Assembly (NCBI RefSeq): GCF_018977255.1
Contig: NW_024704742.1
Coordinates: forward strand, 96,474,001 to 96,538,000
From: Callorhinchus milii
Taxonomy: Eukaryota
Reading direction: 5' to 3'
DNA: 64,000 bases
Shown here: positions 62,055-64,000 of the stretch, piece by piece
How positions within the stretch are numbered: the stretch's first letter is position 1
How the letters are laid out: each line of letters opens with the position of its first letter
Translations under genes and position numbers: made by a program
Notes under the pieces: generated by a model
Databases searched by the model: none
What the model was told of the DNA's origin: nothing
Seen by the model: only the letters and a program-made list of their open reading frames with translations

Positions 62055-64000
62055 CTGCTTTCGTGGCAACCACAGTATTTGATGAATGAATGAGGTCACA
62101 GGAAGTGCAGATGGGAGTGAAAATTAACAAAAACAAATTAGATCACGAGTGATAGCCATTCCCCCTCCCCCCAATCACTAGGCATGACAATTCTTACCCT
62201 TTAGTTACACTGGCAAATATATACTAGTCTGACTCCACACCGAAGCAACGTTTTTTGTCATATATGGGTGTCTGCTATCAAAGTGGAGTGAATGGTGGAT
62301 GCCCCATTTATGAGTCTAAGCATTTTAAAGGCACCAGCTCATATGAAGTTGTTCATTTTATATTAATGGCCAAGTTCATGAACAGAGATGGCAAGAATTG
62401 TTAACATAACTCACATTATAATGCAATTCTTGTTTTCCTAACAAAAGTCCTGATGATGACTCTTAGGGATACCACAATCATTTGGCCGAACTGAATGCAA
62501 TACTCTTGGGTTATGTTTATGTTGTAGAGCTTCTTCCATTCAAGAGCTCAGCTCACTAAAGCCAGGGGTTACATTTCCTGCCTCCAGAGGCACAGGGAGA
62601 GCCACCTCTCAAGGTGGCAACTACACTCATTGAATGACAGCAGCACTGTTTACCTTGTAAAGAAATGCAAACCATTTGTCACACTAATGACACAGCCCTT
62701 CAGTTAATAAACACAAAAGAGAATACACTCCAGTCAACCAGATAAGGTATTCATTCAAAAGTGTTTTCTACTCGTGTACTCGATGTCCATGAGGAAAAAT
62801 AAAACCTGGCATCATGCCGTTTTCTTACTTGATTTATCTTGGAGAAAAGAAGCCCAGATTAATTAAGATTAGTTGATCATTAAGTATTTTATTCATGGGC
62901 TAATCCAACCCAGGTCAAATACAAATCAGTCCTTCCTCTTGGGCACTAACACACTGTACTGAAGCCTGGCAAAATAAAGCTAGGTATTAAGTGCTGGTTG
63001 GATCAATTCAATTGCTCACTGGTTATATTTGGAGGCAGTGTGAATGTTCAAACTGTGTGCACAGTAGGAATTAAGTGTTACTTATCTTTATCTTCCCCTC
63101 AAAAATCAGTGCTGCACTACAGTATGCATGGTACAGCTGACATAAGCTTGGTGTGTATGGGAGGGGGATGGCGTGGCAGCCTCTAGGATAAATAAAACGG
63201 TGTTGTTCCTCCAGAGGTACTGACAGCCATATTCCAAAGTGGGTCTCGATCCTGTTTTCAGAAGCACCAATTCCACAAACAATAAAGTAAACTGGTCCCT
63301 CCCAGTACCTCCGGCAATTTGGTCACCACATTTTCTTGCCTGTGGGTGAGCTATTTATTTAGCTTTACAACATAAACATGGCTAAACGGTAACTATGCCA
63401 AATCTGCTCTTAAAAGAGCGAGTACAGACACAACCAGCCAAACAGCCTTTTTCTGTGCTGCAAATTTGCATGGTTCTACCCTTCCAATCTTTAAGCAGCA
63501 ATTTTTTAAAAAAACAAATTGAAACGGTTTCAAAAGATTCAAGTTTTAAACTTAAGGAGCTATGTAAATTACATGAAGGAATTAAAGTTAAAAAGGTACA
63601 AGTATTCATGGTGATCAGATTATAAATACACAGAAAAGATGTTTACAGTACAGCTTAGTGTTAATTACAGCACAGCTCCAAATGATATATTATTTGAACT
63701 ATTCTGAAACTTACTTGGGTGTGAAGTGATGATGGGGAAAGAATCACAATAAAGACAAGGATGATTCACTATTAAATTGGCTCTGGTTTCTGACTGTTGG
63801 GTTTAATTTTTTTTACAGTGTGCCAATGAAATCCCTGCACAGGATACCACCCACACACTTTACCACTGCATCCTGTGAGGTGTTCAGCATTTGACGGGTG
63901 CAGCATGTACGCGATTGCCAAAATGTATGCAACTGGTAACAAACAAGCACTTGTTTGCATGACATTATCACATTCAATCATCAACAACCCTGCCTCCACT

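Noticed and set aside
63208..63312. 12-bp inverted repeat ccagaggtactg / cagtacctccgg and a similar motif near 59278
   Set aside because: Too short and without a TSD; I cannot support a MITE call.

Overview
Vertebrate genomic DNA, AT-rich and repeat-dense. The repeat content (L2 and CR1 LINE fragments, tRNA-derived SINEs, Deu-domain SINEs, a Penelope-like remnant) suggests a cartilaginous fish; this is an inference. The right half holds the 3' part of a Groucho/TLE co-repressor gene on the minus strand, identified as TLE4 from diagnostic residues. I mapped 13 coding exons by hand, from a 17-nt micro-exon at 62038-62054 to the stop codon at 37017-37019. All have GT-AG boundaries and join into one frame of 1724 nt (about 574 aa: CcN, SP and WD40 regions). 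The N-terminal Q/GP exons lie beyond the right edge. The left ~36 kb has no credible protein-coding gene; it looks like gene desert with transposon debris and TF-motif-dense candidate enhancers. Best second-look items: a 97-bp-arm hairpin 26 nt from a TLE4 splice donor; an exon whose acceptor doubles as a perfect donor (AG|GTAAGT); inverted SINE pairs flanking WD40 exons; a SINE/L2 shared 3' stem-loop with subfamily structure; an 82-bp inverted duplication enclosing a hAT MITE; a Helitron-like end; and an orphan CpG-rich promoter-like patch. I found no convincing wholly new biological system. Repeat boundaries are approximate and family names come from motif recognition, not database searches.
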